A stretch of DNA of 64,000 nt, taken from NCBI GenBank assembly GCA_001949185.1, contig BDGG01000001.1, positions 1,796,478 through 1,860,477 on the forward strand. The letters run 5' to 3'. This document shows, one piece after another, positions 11,628 through 24,862 of the stretch. This DNA comes from Ramazzottius varieornatus. Lineage: Eukaryota; Animalia; Tardigrada. The position numbers and the translations under genes were made by a program. The notes beneath the pieces are model-generated. The model had not been told where the DNA came from. It made no database searches and was given only the letters and a program-made list of their open reading frames with translations. Position 1 is the stretch's first letter, and the number at the start of each line of letters is the position of its first letter.

Positions 11628-14012
11628 TTAAAACAATCGGGACGTCGTTCCGGGAGCCGCTGACCCAGGTAAAGGCGTAGACGCTACTTGTACGAACTTG
11701 GCCGAGGATGCGAAGTACTTGTTTCCGGTGGCTGTACCCGATCTTTCTGCAGCTTGAGGATTCACGATCTCGATGCCTTGGTAGGGTGTGAACGCCACGC
11801 TCGAAGCCGTACCAGCAATCTGTCGCCTGATGGAGGTTGTTCCACCGTACGTCTGGTGCTTCTTCACTTGGTTCTAAAATCAAACACCAAGTTGAAGTCT
11901 TCCCCCTGAAAGAGTCAGATAGAAGTTTCTTCAAAAAAGCTCGACGATATACAGTACTTGCAACTTCTTGGACATCTTCACTTGAGTCTTGTTATCCACC
12001 TGCGGCCCTCGAATGCGACCACCGACAGCTTTACCCAGTTGCCCAACCGAGAAACCAATTGCATCTTGATAAGCGTCTTCCTCGATCTACGAACAAAAAC
12101 AAACGTGAATCAACCGCAGTGCAACGATGTTTGGAACGAGTTTGCTTTGAAATCACCTCTGCGAAAGTTGTTCGGTTAGCCGCTTTCCGCATATCCGTCG
12201 CGCCCAGCTTCTCCTTGGCTTTACGAGCTCTTCGGCCACCACGCTTCTTCCTAGCTTGATCCAGTGGTGCCGGGAGGGCTTTGATGTTCTTGACAGGTGG
12301 TGGTTCTTGCCACTTGTCCATCTTTTTATCGATCTCGGCTCGGAACTTCAGGCCTTCTTCACCAGTTCGGCTTTCGTGGTTGCTGTCCACTCTGGCAGCT
12401 AACGTCAGCTTGTTAGCTACTAGTCGAGCTGCCTTTATCCTCAAATCCTACAAGACAAACTGTTCGACGTAAATAATATACAGGAAGCTGCCTCCGGGAG
12501 TGGAATCAAAGCGATAGGATATATTCAGCGCACCTTTGGGAGATCTTGAACAATGTCGCTATAGTAGATGAGCCCAGTATGGGGTATCATGGTCGTGTTC
12601 GAGAACCCGGACAGGCCTTTCTTTTGCTGACCGAGAAGCAGAACATTCGACGACGGCATCGATGCGAGACCGCGCAGGCCACCAGCGATACCTGCAATCA
12701 CATATTCTTCCATACGCAAAGAGAAAACTTGGCACTTCCGGTCAGACCGGAAACCCGTTTTCACGGATCAACTACCATCAGGGAACCAAGTTTATTTCCC
12801 AGTGAACTGGTTTTGGAGAGAACAGAGCAAACGTGAAGGGTTGCGTACCCATCAGTTTTGCCGCTGTTGAAGCGCCGACTATGGCGGAGAGGTTCGGTGC
12901 GATGAAGGACATCTTGGACTCGACATGCTGGTAGATGGCTTGCTTGCTGCTGTTGAGCTGTTCAGCAATATCACAAGCTTCCCTGACTCTTTCGAGTTCT
13001 TCCCTCTGCAGCTTTTCCCTACCAGACATTCGTTACTGTAAAACAGCCGATTCGAGTAACCTGCGGGATAGTAGTCACGCTCTGAACAAACTTACCCTGA
13101 TGTAGTTGAGGCCGCCACACTGACAATCATGATGGTAGCTCCTGGGACGATCCTGGCCAGCTCGTCATTCTGCTTGGCCTTCTCCACATCATTACCCAAA
13201 GCCTAAAAAACAGAAATTGTACAGTCTACAGTGCCATCAGGAACAAGATCTGTATACCCGAAGAAGTGCGATACTGAAGAACACCAATCTACCTTGACGG
13301 CTTTGACGTATTCAAGTGGATTCTGTATCAAGTTCTCCAATTCCGGAAATCTCTTGTTATATTTGTCGCGAATGTATTTATGGATCGTGTCTGTCAAAGA
13401 AGCAATTCACTAATCATCAACCCGGAACTTAGACTGGCGAACGTGGGACATTCGCTACCCCAGTCATGTTCGCGGAAGTCAGCTAGGGAAATATTAACAA
13501 CGCTCGACAAAACGGACTTACTTATTTCGTTGTCGATGTCCACGGCCAGACGATTAGCAGAAACGATCAACTGGTACTCAGGATCAGCTTCCACAGGTCC
13601 TGAAACTGTAAAGGAAGACATGTTCGAGGCGCTGGTCTTGGGCTTTTGTTGAAGTCGTCTGTAGACTAACCGGAAAGCCAACCGGAAGTCAGGCTGACAT
13701 ATCTACACGCGGAGTCACTTACGTTCTGAGGGAGTGTCCTTCTTCCTGCTGTCGTGAATCCTCGACATCACATCTGTAAACTGGAACAGAATGTCATTTT
13801 ATCGTCTAGACGTCTACATCAACGAGGACACGTTCATAACTAACCTCTGGACTTTGGACGAGCCTAGCGACTTTATATACGCGATCATCAGCCTGGTCGT
13901 CGACGTCCATGGCATCGTCTCCTGTGATCTCCTTGACTTGTACATATTCTTTCTGATCCTCCGGTATTCCATCCTCGTTCAGGTCAGCCCAAAGCTCATC
14001 CGCTAACGACAT
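11628..14012 (-). CDS. PRPF31: U4/U6 snRNP protein Prp31, multi-exon
   Basis: MSLADELWADL; GPVEADPEYQLIV; IRDKYNKRFPELE; IAPNLSAIVGASTAAKL; RKKRGGRRARK; GTASSVAFTPYQGIEIVNP. Confidence 0.96.
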
Positions 14013-14488
14013 CTCAATAGAGCTGCGTCTGCAAGCACAGAACAGTGTTTGCGTTGCCCATATTAATTAGGATCAAACGTGAAGCGCTGACACTCAACCA
14101 GAACACAGCTCCACGCACCTGCGGCACCTCAGACCACTTTCCCAGTCCAGCAGCAACCTGCTCACAGGTACAAACGCTTTTTAATCCGTACGATGCGGCA
14201 AGAGAGGCCGCAGAAGATGGAGAGTAAAGAAAATGGAGACAAGATGGACCGGAAATGAAAATGAAGCCACAACAAATTTATCGAAATTACCGGTACGGCT
14301 AACCATCCTTGTGCACGATGGCAAGTCATGTGTGCTTTTGGCATTTGTTCAAGTTGTGCCAACTTAATCTCGACTTCAATTTAAGTTAGTTGACTTCCGG
14401 TTTCCACCAGCCCGGATAAGCTCCTTGTGGAAGCCAGGAAGTGAGTTACCGATGATAGATATTGATCCTCCCGTAATCATCGGAGAGG

Positions 14489-16020
14489 ATGGATGGTGGA
14501 TGGGCGCCGACACCGATACCGAAGACGTCCAAGGTGCCTTACCAAGTGCAGCAGCTGGCTCGCATGGTTGCTTATGCCTTCTACGGGAAAGAACACGGCC
14601 TCATTGTTGATGTCCTGTGTCGATATTCCTCTGTCAAAGAGGACGATCTGTGTGATGTACTGAAGCTGGAAAAGAAGCAGGTGCGCCAGTTGTTGGCAAA
14701 CTTGAAAGCCGACCACATCATCGCTTCTAAGCAGAAGTTAACGAAAGATGCCATCAACGACATCTCCTCTCGCGTGTACGAATACGGAATGGAATACTCT
14801 ACCTTCCTCAACATGGTCAAATACAAGCTGGACCAGATGCGTCGGAAACTGGAGGTCGAGGAAAGACATAACGCCAACCGTGCTGCGTTTATCTGCCAAG
14901 AATGCAAACGGAGCTTTCAAGATTTGGAAACTGGCGAGGTGGGTTGATTGTCGATTGAACCACAACAGTTTATGCGAAATCACCAACTGTGGCGTATGAC
15001 GTCATCGCGACTCGGACGCAGTACGAACAGCAGTTCGACGTCAAGCGTCACTTCAAGTAGTACTGTACTCGTAGAGTTCGCATTTTCGAATTAGTACTAT
15101 AGTCCATGCAGTTGTCAGGTGGTTATCTTGATGTGTTTTGTTTCGCTCGTAGCTCATCGACTTCATGACTGGTAAGATGGTTTGCACGTACTGTGGAGGT
15201 GAAGTCGACGAAGACACATCGGCTCCCGCCGAGAAGTCCCAACAAGTAATGATGGCCCACTTCAACGATTCTCTGAGTCCTTTCTTCAACCTCATTCACG
15301 AGATCGACGCCATGGACCTCGCACCTGAAGACCTGCGAACGGACTTCTCAGACTCCTCTGGCTTGTCGAATCTCCGTGCCTTGGAAGCTGGTGCTAATGG
15401 CGGAACGTGGAGCTCCGACAAGCGAGACTACAACTACACTCCGCAGAACATCACCATCAACCTGGGCGAAACTGAAGTGGTGACGGTCAAAGCAAAAGAA
15501 CAGCCAGTATGGCTGACGAAGAGTACCGTAATGGATGACGATACTGGACATCCGTCTGTCTCCACCGGTGATGGTTCACATAATGCGGAAAGTAGTGAAG
15601 ACAAAGCAGCTGCGGCGGAAGGTTTCTTATCCGTGTTGATGAAGCACGAGAAGGAGATATTCGAGCGGCAGAACGAAGCCAAAAGTGCTCAACGTGGTGA
15701 TCAATGCTTCTTCTTTTTGAATATGGTAATGTTTACTTATTCGAAGTGTTGTTGCAGAAACTGTCCCAAGTCCCCCGATGAAGAGAACGAGAACAGTGGA
15801 CAACCTTGATGAGGTGCAAGAGGAAACCGGTGAAGAAGATGAATTTGACGAGGTGGAAGAGCGAGCGGACGAAGGTGATGATACACCGAAGATCTCTGTG
15901 GGTCATAAATTATATTCCTTAGATGAAATAACAGATGAACTTGTGGCTCAGATGACCGAGAAGGAAAAGCAAAACTATATCCGAGTTGGGCAGCAAGCTT
16001 TTACAGAGTACTCTTATTGA
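14489..16020 (+). CDS. GTF2E1: General transcription factor IIE alpha subunit, 3 exons
   Basis: FLNMVKYKLDQMRRKLE; Zn ribbon CQEC...CTYCGGEVDED; KEQPVWLTKST; acidic C-terminus LVAQMTEKEKQNYI. Confidence 0.93.
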
Positions 16021-16181
16021 GTCGTTTTAGCGACGATTTTCTGTAAGCTAGTGAAACGGGTTTTATTATCTTGACGAACGATTGATGCCGTAGCTCAACC
16101 AGAATACTTACTCGTGCGGGAATTAATTGTCTTTCAGGAAATCTTGTTCCAGGGATTTGAACACGATGTTGTACGGTAACT

Positions 16182-16311
16182 AGGACGTGGGCAGATGAAT
16201 TGAATCAGCTCGCTTTCCTTGTAAGTAGCGCACACTTTCCTTGTTATTGGCTGAAAGTGTGCGCCACTTAATACGAAAACGACTCGCTCAAATCATATGC
16301 CCACGTTCCAG
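16182..16311. repeat. Full-length copy of the AAGTGGCGCAC palindromic repeat
   Basis: GGACGTGGGCAGATG...TAAGTAGCGCACACTTTC / GAAAGTGTGCGCCACTTA...CATATGCCCACGTTCC. Confidence 0.8.
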
Positions 16312-17050
16312 CTGTTGCCAGTTTTTCACCAGAAATACATATTTTCTCAGTACGCCGCACGGGTCGTAGTTGTACGATGACGCAAGACCCATTGAAGGTG
16401 CATACATATGTTTCGCGTTCTATTAATACACTGAAAGAATGCCGGTCTTGACTTTTGATCCAGTGTGATCTTTGGTGTATTGGGTACGGTTAAAGGAGCT
16501 GCTAGCCCGATCAACCAGATTCGGGAACAATGACCATGGACGATCGGTTAGGTCTTCGTGGCAGATAACGTTGTAGGAGGTTCAGTCCTCCAGCGGACAG
16601 GACAGCAGAAGTTCGGTCCTCTAAAATGGCTGAACGAATTTCCTCTGTGCTCAAGTCCGTCGATGGTGAACGACCGCAGACCCGCGCAATCTTTTACTCT
16701 CCTATCGAGCTGCTAGAGGGAGCTTTGTTTTGTAATCAGACGGTGGCAGTTGCGCCGGATCACGGTCAAGGTTTTCACTTGTTATTGCGCCAATTTTTGT
16801 CACAGGTTGCGACCGATACGCATCTCATGGCCAGCATGATACTTATCAGCTAGAGCGCGTAAGGTACGACACCGCGGTGTAGAGTATGTAGCCGCCATCC
16901 TCAGTTTCCCCAAAACTTGAGTGACTTGATTACAAATTCTGTCTTTACGAACTTCTGTACTATTTCCAACTAGCTCCTGCCTACTTAATCTTCTACATCT
17001 GCCGGACCTACGTAACTGCACTGAAGACTTTCCGCTAATCGCAATCGAGG

Positions 17051-17470
17051 ATGTTGTCTGGCATCAGATGCTCGCAACTTTATTTCTGGTTCTTTGTTTG
17101 CGTTATCCTTTTCTCGTCATGTCTAACAGTCTTTGGAGTTCCCTTGGAGAGAACAAGCCCACTGTGTCCAGCTGTGCGACCCAGACTGACAGGAAAGATG
17201 TACCATTGTGGGAAGTTACCAGTATTCGACATCCAGCTGGCTTCTTGTAAGTCGTCTCTTTCTTCCGGGTTCCCGCTTTCTTGTTGTACCGTTGAGGTTG
17301 CACGAGTACCTCAATGTATGTACAGAAGACTGGTATATGTCACGGTATTGAGTGTCTCTCTTTTTACAGTTTATGAAAGGGCGTGTCAATTCAGCTGCCG
17401 GAAGGTGCCCGGATGCACGACGGGTTACTGCTCTGGAGGACGACTTGGTGGACCCTGCATCTGTTCGTAA
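17051..17470 (+). CDS. Secreted 8-Cys defensin-like peptide (CS-alpha-beta, ASABF-like), 2 exons (intron 17247-17369)
   Basis: Hydrophobic signal peptide. Spliced mature region ...PLC...YHCGKLPVFDIQLASFYERACQFSCRKVPGCTTGYCSGGRLGGPCICS contains CxxxC, GxC and CxC motifs. Confidence 0.75.
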   Translation: MLSGIRCSQLYFWFFVCVILFSSCLTVFGVPLERTSPLCPAVRPRLTGKMYHCGKLPVFDIQLASCKSSLSSGFPLSCCTVEVARVPQCMYRRLVYVTVLSVSLFTVYERACQFSCRKVPGCTTGYCSGGRLGGPCICS

Positions 17471-18082
17471 CGTTCGCGAGGAACCATGTCGGTGTTTTTC
17501 GTTGGACTTGCAGCTCCTCGCTCTCGCTTCTTGTATTGCTGATGGAAATTATGAGTTTTCCGCTCGGCATCCATTTTCCCCTTTGTACATGCCGCCCTTA
17601 GTTCATAGCATTTTGCGCTACAGTTACAACGCACCAACTTCCCTGTTATACCCTTTCTGAATTTATGGGGTAACTTACAGAACCTTTCAGTATATTTTCT
17701 AGGCCGTGTTTATCCTGTCAACAAAAAGATACGAAGTCTATGTTCACTTTGATATCTGTAGTAAAGCCCGAATAAGGCCCTTCATAATTATAGTAGACAT
17801 GCGTATACAGCAGATAGTAACCCATCAGTCAATTGACCGGAAACTGGTGGGAAGGCTACCATGTACAGTAAGAGTACTGCCACTATACTTTTCGATAAAG
17901 AACACTAACGTAAACTACGTAAAATAATAAATATAATAAAGAAGCGTGATCCATGTTATTCGCAAAGCGGGTAGGGTACAGCTCAAGAGACAGCAACAAA
18001 ACAAGCTTGCGAGCTCTTCCAGCGTATCTCAACGATAATCTTTCTAAATCGGCGCCAGAACTTTGCCATGCGCTGTAGGTTC

Positions 18083-21000
18083 TCAGAAATCTGACGTCCC
18101 ACTAGTCTGCCATTCTGTAAAATAAGCGGAATTACCTCAAACTGAACATAGCGGGGAAAACCCGAAAATTCGACTTCCGGTTCCGGCCTACGGCACCACC
18201 AAATTTCGTGCCACACGCTTGTGACATCACTGCGAAATCACGAGTTGGGTGCTAACTTAGGCAAACACACGTGCAATATTATTTCAAGTGACGCACGTTG
18301 TTATTGTTACTGGCTGGAATGGTGCGCCACACAAGATAAGGCCGTGTTCATTTATTCACCCTGGCAGGCCACCCGACCGCGTGCTCCGGTAGACTCAACA
18401 TTGCGGCACGTGGGTGGGTATCCTACGTGGGTAACACTCTGTCTGACCAGTTTTATAGCTTCGAAAGTTGGAGCTTTCCTCAATCTAACGTTTGACAGTC
18501 TTGACTTACGCTGATGAGATGACGGTCTCGAGTCGTACTGGATCTGAATGGGTATCACGCGGGTATTTCCCTGACCGGCGGACTGCATCGAAGACGGAGC
18601 GTTGCTGTTGAAGATGGAGCCATTGTTCCAGCCGGAGTTGCCGCTCGGACTGGATTGCTGCATTTGTCGGTGCGTGCTCGGCATTTGCATTTCCGTCCGG
18701 AAGGTACTGGTGAACGTGGGCTGATGCTGTGGCTGGGATTGCTGTCGGTAACTTGGCGTATTATTTGAATAATTCGATGATGGATAGGGATCAGAGAAGT
18801 CAATGTCGGTGGGAGTGACAAAAGAAGTGAAAGGTAAGGTCCGGTGGATGATGGGCTCGGTTGAGGGAGAACGTGTGTAGTTGGGGATGATGTACGGACT
18901 TTGCTTGTTCGCGGGTGTCGGAGAGTGTTGCTGAGGCTGAGCTGTAAGAATAAGAAACTTGTACTACGCCGTCCATGAAAATGGAATATATGAGAGATCG
19001 TCAAACCCAGCGGACATAGTTCATTTTATTGAGTAGCGCACGATTCCAATGATTTTGGCCAATAAAGTGCGCCAGTTGGAAAAACGGTTCTGTCGAGTTC
19101 ATTCGCGTATGTTTCATAATGTGGTAAACTTGCCAGTTTGTCCGTAGTTTTGTCCGAATGAATAGGTCGGAGTGGGAGAGCGACTCTGTTGCGTGTAATT
19201 AGGAGTCGCCGATTGGTAAGTAGGTTGTTGTGGTTGACTTCCGCCTGTCCAAAGCTACTGGTTAAATTTTGCTCTCCGCGTCTGTCATCTTTGACAGATT
19301 AAAACACCACCTACCTCGGTTTGACTGAGGGTTCTGGACTCCGAACGACGCTGTGGGTTGTTGTCCGTAGTAATACGACTGCTGCGCTGGTTGAGATGGT
19401 TGCTGGTGTTGTGGGTGATACTGCTGACTTTGCTGGGGTTGATACGACGTGGTCAAAGCTTGTGGCTGCTGGTAAGAGTTCACTCGGGGAGAAGGTGCCA
19501 CTCCGGTGTTTGCATTGCCTGGAAGGAAAAAATGCGAAGGCTAAAAATCTGGGCCAAACTCAGTAGTAAAGTAAAAAAGAAAAAGCGCGGCAAGAAAAGG
19601 AGCGAAGGAGCATGTTACGAGCATGTAAAGAAACCGTTCGGTGAGAGAGCCACTTGCAATTTTTTCCGGCTCTGCCTGTTAGCTTTACAACACAGTTTTC
19701 TGCAGAGGTAGCGTGAGCGATCCAAGCAAGGCCGTTATGCAGAAGATCATGTTCGGCCAAGTACCTTGCACAGATTTTTTTGTTAGGAGAAGCGGAGAAG
19801 TGCGTCCAGAGGACGGAAAGAGTTGCTGGTAAGGGCTGGATGGCGAGCTGTTATAATTACTTCGAATTTGATCCATCAGTTGGGCGGCTTTTGTTGTTCC
19901 AGAAGCCTGCCTGTCCGAACCCGACAAACTGTTACTGCGACTGCGAGCAGAACGCTGTGGTGAGTACGTCGAGCGGAAGTCGTTGCGAGTTCCGGCATCG
20001 GAGCTTACATTTTCATCTACAAGTACTGCAATTAGAAAAGAACCAAAACATTGAAATTTTCAGCTTCGAAGATTACCGTCGCTTCTATTGTTGTGAGACC
20101 AGCTGGAAGGTCCAGCTGAAGGCTTCGGACTTCCATAAGAAGGTGTAGATCTGTAATTCGTCTGAAACTGTGGTGTGGGCGACGGGGTGGAGAAATGCTC
20201 GTAAGAGTTCGTCTTCGGCGATGACCCATACGAGGAAGCTGCGTGTGTCGCTGCCGGCTGTGATGTACTGTATGACGTCACAGGGGTTGGACTGTAAGTT
20301 GGAGCCTGAGAGGGCGGAGCTGGACTGTACGACGACGCTACAGGTGGCGCTGGTGGTGCAGCGGCTGAACTGTATCGTTGTGGAGCCGTTGGGACCGGCG
20401 ATGGCGTCCCGAAACTGTTTCGTCTTTGACCATAGTCTGAAGTGTCGTTTGAGCTAGCATGAAGGCTTGTTGCGGGTTTAGCTAGTTTCTCGGCGAGGGA
20501 ATTACGCAGGTCGGCAAGACCGCCACCATTCGAGGAGCTATCGCCCGAAGCTCTGCGGTTCCCGAAAGAAGGTGTGGATGGGCGAGCCGGCGATACTGTT
20601 CCTGAACCTCCAGCGCCACCAGCAAGACTCTTCTCGTAGTTTTCTCGCTTGATTTGGCTGGGAGTTTTGAGCTGGTCGGCGGTGATGCCTGGAAATACAA
20701 CCGATGAATTGCGAAGGTAAATATACGAAGGCGCGGAGTTTCTCCCATGTCAAATAGTGTCCAGGGTACAGAGTACGCAGTCATTATCTCTTGGATGTTT
20801 TCTTTGGGTAATAGGCGGAAGATTGTTGGCGCATCAGCGTCATCACGTTAGGGTGCTGCTTGGTATTTTTGGAATTTTGTCGTGGCGTAACAGATAGCCA
20901 GTATGCACAAGACGCTTACCGTAGTTAAAAGGCTTGGCGTCGGATTTCTTGCCACCAGCCAACTTGGATGCTAGATCTTTGCCTGACGCGGCATCCTCTT

Positions 21001-22351
21001 GATCTTTCTGCAAGAGCCAAAGTCAGGAACGGCAATTAAACTTGGACTGAAACACAGACAGGAAGCGTATCCCTTCAAGGTCTGTAACTTGCATACGAAC
21101 TCTCGTCCTAACGAATATATCTTAACACGATCAGTTTACATAATAGTCTGAACCGATCATCGAGATCAATTTGTTCTCAATTGATTTTTGGGGCGAAATT
21201 TTTATTAGAAATTAAAAAAAGGTGCGAACGTTTGGAGTTGAGCAGCGAAGAAAAAGAGTGCAAACTTTCGCTTCGGCAAACTTTTTCACCAAGAGCCAAA
21301 AAGTGTCAGAGCGATGTTCCAAATTGTTATTTGGTGTATGAAGTTTGACAAATTCATGCGGCGCCGTAAATCATTACAGTCCGGTCGATCGAAATCTGGT
21401 ACCTATTTCTCCGATTTTGTTTTGAAGTCTGCTATACATTCGCCATACAGCACGACAAGCCACGGCCGAAATTACACTACACATAAATTACACCGTAGCT
21501 TTACTGGTATGATCAAGTAATCAACCCGCATGTGGACCGGCTGTGTCGGCATGGCTCGCAGTTCGTTAATTTTGCACGATTTCTTTATTTTGAAATCGCA
21601 AAACCAGGTACCAGATTTCGAGCGACCGGACTGTACTCACTGCATACAAACAATGGTATAATGAGCAATATGGCCCCGCATGATTGACTTCATGGTCGAG
21701 TTTGACATTTCCCTTTCACTGTCCTACTTGCCGCATTGGTGTTGAATTTGACATTATATTGTTTACAAAAGCGAAAGCGGCTTCTTCCACAAAGTATCGC
21801 ACTTATTCAAATGGCACTGGAATCTAGACAAACCATCTTTAGAAGTGGCGCACGCTTACAGCCAATAAGACTGTCAACGTGCGCCACTTGGAAAGCCAGT
21901 GTGTTACGGAAGCTTTTGTCCAGATGTCAACAAGTTACCATAGGTGTCATGGTTCCATAAGATAGCTGGAAAAGCTGCCTAGCTCGTCGCGCATCTGTTA
22001 AGCTCGAAAAACGAAAGTACTTTCAGAAAAACTACAGGCACGTGGAGACGGATAAAGTGAACACTGGTCAGTGGGTTTTTTGTTACCATGCGGTACCTGT
22101 TGCTTGTAGGTTGGCATTGAACCGAATCCAGGAGCAGGTGGAGGGGGAGGGGGAGGTGGCGGACCAGCTCCTGTCTGTGCTTCCTCTGCGGAAGAACCTG
22201 CGAAAGCTGGAGGTGGCGGAGGAGGAGGTGGGGCTGGAGGACCTCCAGTACTGTCGCTGGAACTGAAGTCCGTATCGTAACTTCCATTCAACGACAGACT
22301 ACCAAATCCAGGTATGACCGAGGGTGTATCATATCCATAAGAAGTGGCCAT
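18083..22351 (-). CDS. Uncharacterised Pro/Ser/Gln-rich low-complexity protein, multi-exon
   Basis: MATSYGYD start, two polyproline tracts, KPFNYGITADQLK segment, S/P/Q/Y-rich exons with GT-AG junctions, probable end GTSDF*. Confidence 0.65.
21377..21633. mobile_element. 257-bp Tc1/mariner-type MITE in an intron
   Basis: TA|CAGTCCGGTCGATCGAAATCTGGTACCT ... AGGTACCAGATTTCGAGCGACCGGACTG|TA: 28-bp TIR with 1 mismatch, TA duplication. Confidence 0.9.
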
Positions 22352-24624
22352 TGCTGTGGTTGCGAATTAAAAGCACTTGACAATGTGCTGAACAACGGGC
22401 TGATATCACAACACTTGAAAAGCGGCTTTGTCTGCCGTGTTTTGGATGAAGAATCGAAGATCAATAAAGTGAAACCAAATACTCGAGGATTATTCAGCGC
22501 GATATTTGTTTAATTCTACAAAAGGCGTACAATTCAAGTGGCGCACTGTTGCCTCAGACGAAGATCAATGTCAAAGCAATGACTCTTGTGACTTCCGGTC
22601 GGTTCTGAAAGAAGAACGAGGCATGGAAAGGACCAAGATAGTCGGCGACGCTGTCATCATCATCAATAATTAAAAAGATGAGGAAAACACTGGTGTTTAT
22701 GCCGTCATCACTTTACAGCTGTGGTTTAAGGCTTTAGAGCCAACATTTTTGGCTGACGAATGTAGTCTAAGGCGAAGACCCAACATTGCGCGAGGCTACT
22801 GTAGCTTCTGTAAGCTTGTGCGCCGGCTGGTACGTGCGACATGCTTCGGCTGAGCTGAAGAGCCAACGGCAACGTTTACCATATCCGGCGTGTCGTTGAT
22901 ATTGATGGCTCGTTTGGAATAGTGCTGATGATGGTCTCTTATGGTTTTCCATCTTGCGGAGGCTGAATGCTGTAGTACTTCTTCAAGAAGACGTGCGTGC
23001 TGTATGGTATTAATACGATTATTTCAATAACTGAATGTACAGTAACGGTTTTTTGTGGCCGACATTAGTCTCGCCGGAAGCGAAGACCTACAAACGCTAA
23101 ACGCGCAAGGGAGAGGCCGGTGAAAATATCATCAGTAGGTGATAACTGTAGCCACCGTACAGTTGTGCTGATGATCCAGCAATTACCGCCAATTTGTTAA
23201 ACGTCACGGAGTGAAAAAGCATGTGAGCGACCGGTAAACGAAATGTGAGAGATCGTCACTAGAGGTGGCGCACGTTTTCACTGTAGTTAGCTGAAGGCGT
23301 GCCGCGACTTGAAATGACAATCTCGGTTTTGCAATGGTTTCGCACGCTCCGGTTGAGCCGTAGTATGCGAATAGCAATAAACAAGTTATTGACAAACGTC
23401 AACTGTGTCGTGCTTGAATATGCAGAACAATTTCTATCGCAGTTACAATGAATGGATAATATTCTAGACACCTGCATGGTACTTTGCGACAATTGACACG
23501 AGACGCTCCATTGTCCGAGCAGCGGACCGTCTCGCTCGTTGGTCCGTCGAACATATCTGCGGCGTCTGCTGTGTCCCTAATCGGCCGATAACACACTGTT
23601 CGACGGAGAACCTTGTTGTTGACTGTTTCTGTTTAGCGAAAGTTTAGAGCAAGAGGTTTTAAAGGCGGTTACTGGCCTGAATATTCTGCATTTTGCGAGC
23701 GTACTGAACGAAGGTCTCTCAGCTGTTTTCCAAGTGGGAACATGATAGAACGGGTTTTTGGGTAGCGCCTCAGGGTAATCTAAATTTAACCACGCGATGA
23801 TGGATAAATAATCCGTGACAGTTGCACCACAACATCTAATCGTCATCCTCGTCCGCCCACACACCACAATAAGTATATAGCAGCCAAGCCCAGACCCGAA
23901 ATATTCCCTCTTCTTGGCACGCTATTGACCTCGAACTGGAAACGTACCAAAGAAGCTGTTCCGGGGTTTGCCTATAACTTCAGCTGGAATGACATGGAAG
24001 TTGGGCAAACAAAACATATAAAATGGGTGTCTCCATGTGGCGCACGTTTTCATTGTGAATGAATAGAAGAGTGCTTTGCTTAAGATAACGATCTTGTGTG
24101 ATCTGTTTGCCCAGCTCCTTGATCATACAGAAGTATCACCGACTGTGAAATTTTTATTGCATATCGCAGAAAAGCAGGCAAGAAAGTAGGACCAAACGCT
24201 GCGTGCGTGCTTCAACCAGCGAAGTCGAGAAACGCGGACAGATTAGGTAGAGAGCTATACGATGTCAGAGAGACTTATGTCGCTTGTGGCATCGGCAAGA
24301 AAATAAAGACGGATTTTTTAGGGCGGATATGGCAACACGGAGGCTAGGGAGTGCAAGGAGTTCAGCTGCGGCGCGGTGCAGAGGCAGAAATCAGCGGAGG
24401 TGCATTCAGTGAGCAGAAACTTGGCCAAACCACAATCTTGCACAGCTTTGAATTCTTCCATCACGCAAGAGAATATAACTTAAGCAATGCATACCGAAGC
24501 TCTATCATCTTTGCTTTCGAATATCCATTATGGGAAAGGCTTTAGGAATATATTTCTGCAAAATAAAGGGTTATTGAATAGGAGTAACTAAAGTGGTACT
24601 GTACGTTGTGCGTGCATGATCAAG

Positions 24625-24830
24625 CGGCAGATTGGCCAGAAGACTCGACCAGAATGTTTCCTCAAGTGGCGCACTATTTAGTACTGTTACCTGCAAGTGT
24701 GCGCCACTGGGGAAAATGGACAAAATTGTTTTTCCAAGTGGCGCACGTTTTCGGTATTGTTGGCTGGAAGTGTGCGCCACCTGAAGAAAAACAATCTGGC
24801 TGAGTGACTCGAGTTTGTCTGCCAAGCTTC
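24625..24830. repeat. Tandem double unit of the AAGTGGCGCAC palindromic repeat (similar doubles at ~25595-25765 and ~27940-28142)
   Basis: Two consecutive CAAGTGGCGCAC...GTGCGCCAC cores. Confidence 0.85.
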
Positions 24831-24862
24831 AGTATAATTCATACTTTGAGATGTGAGGTGCG

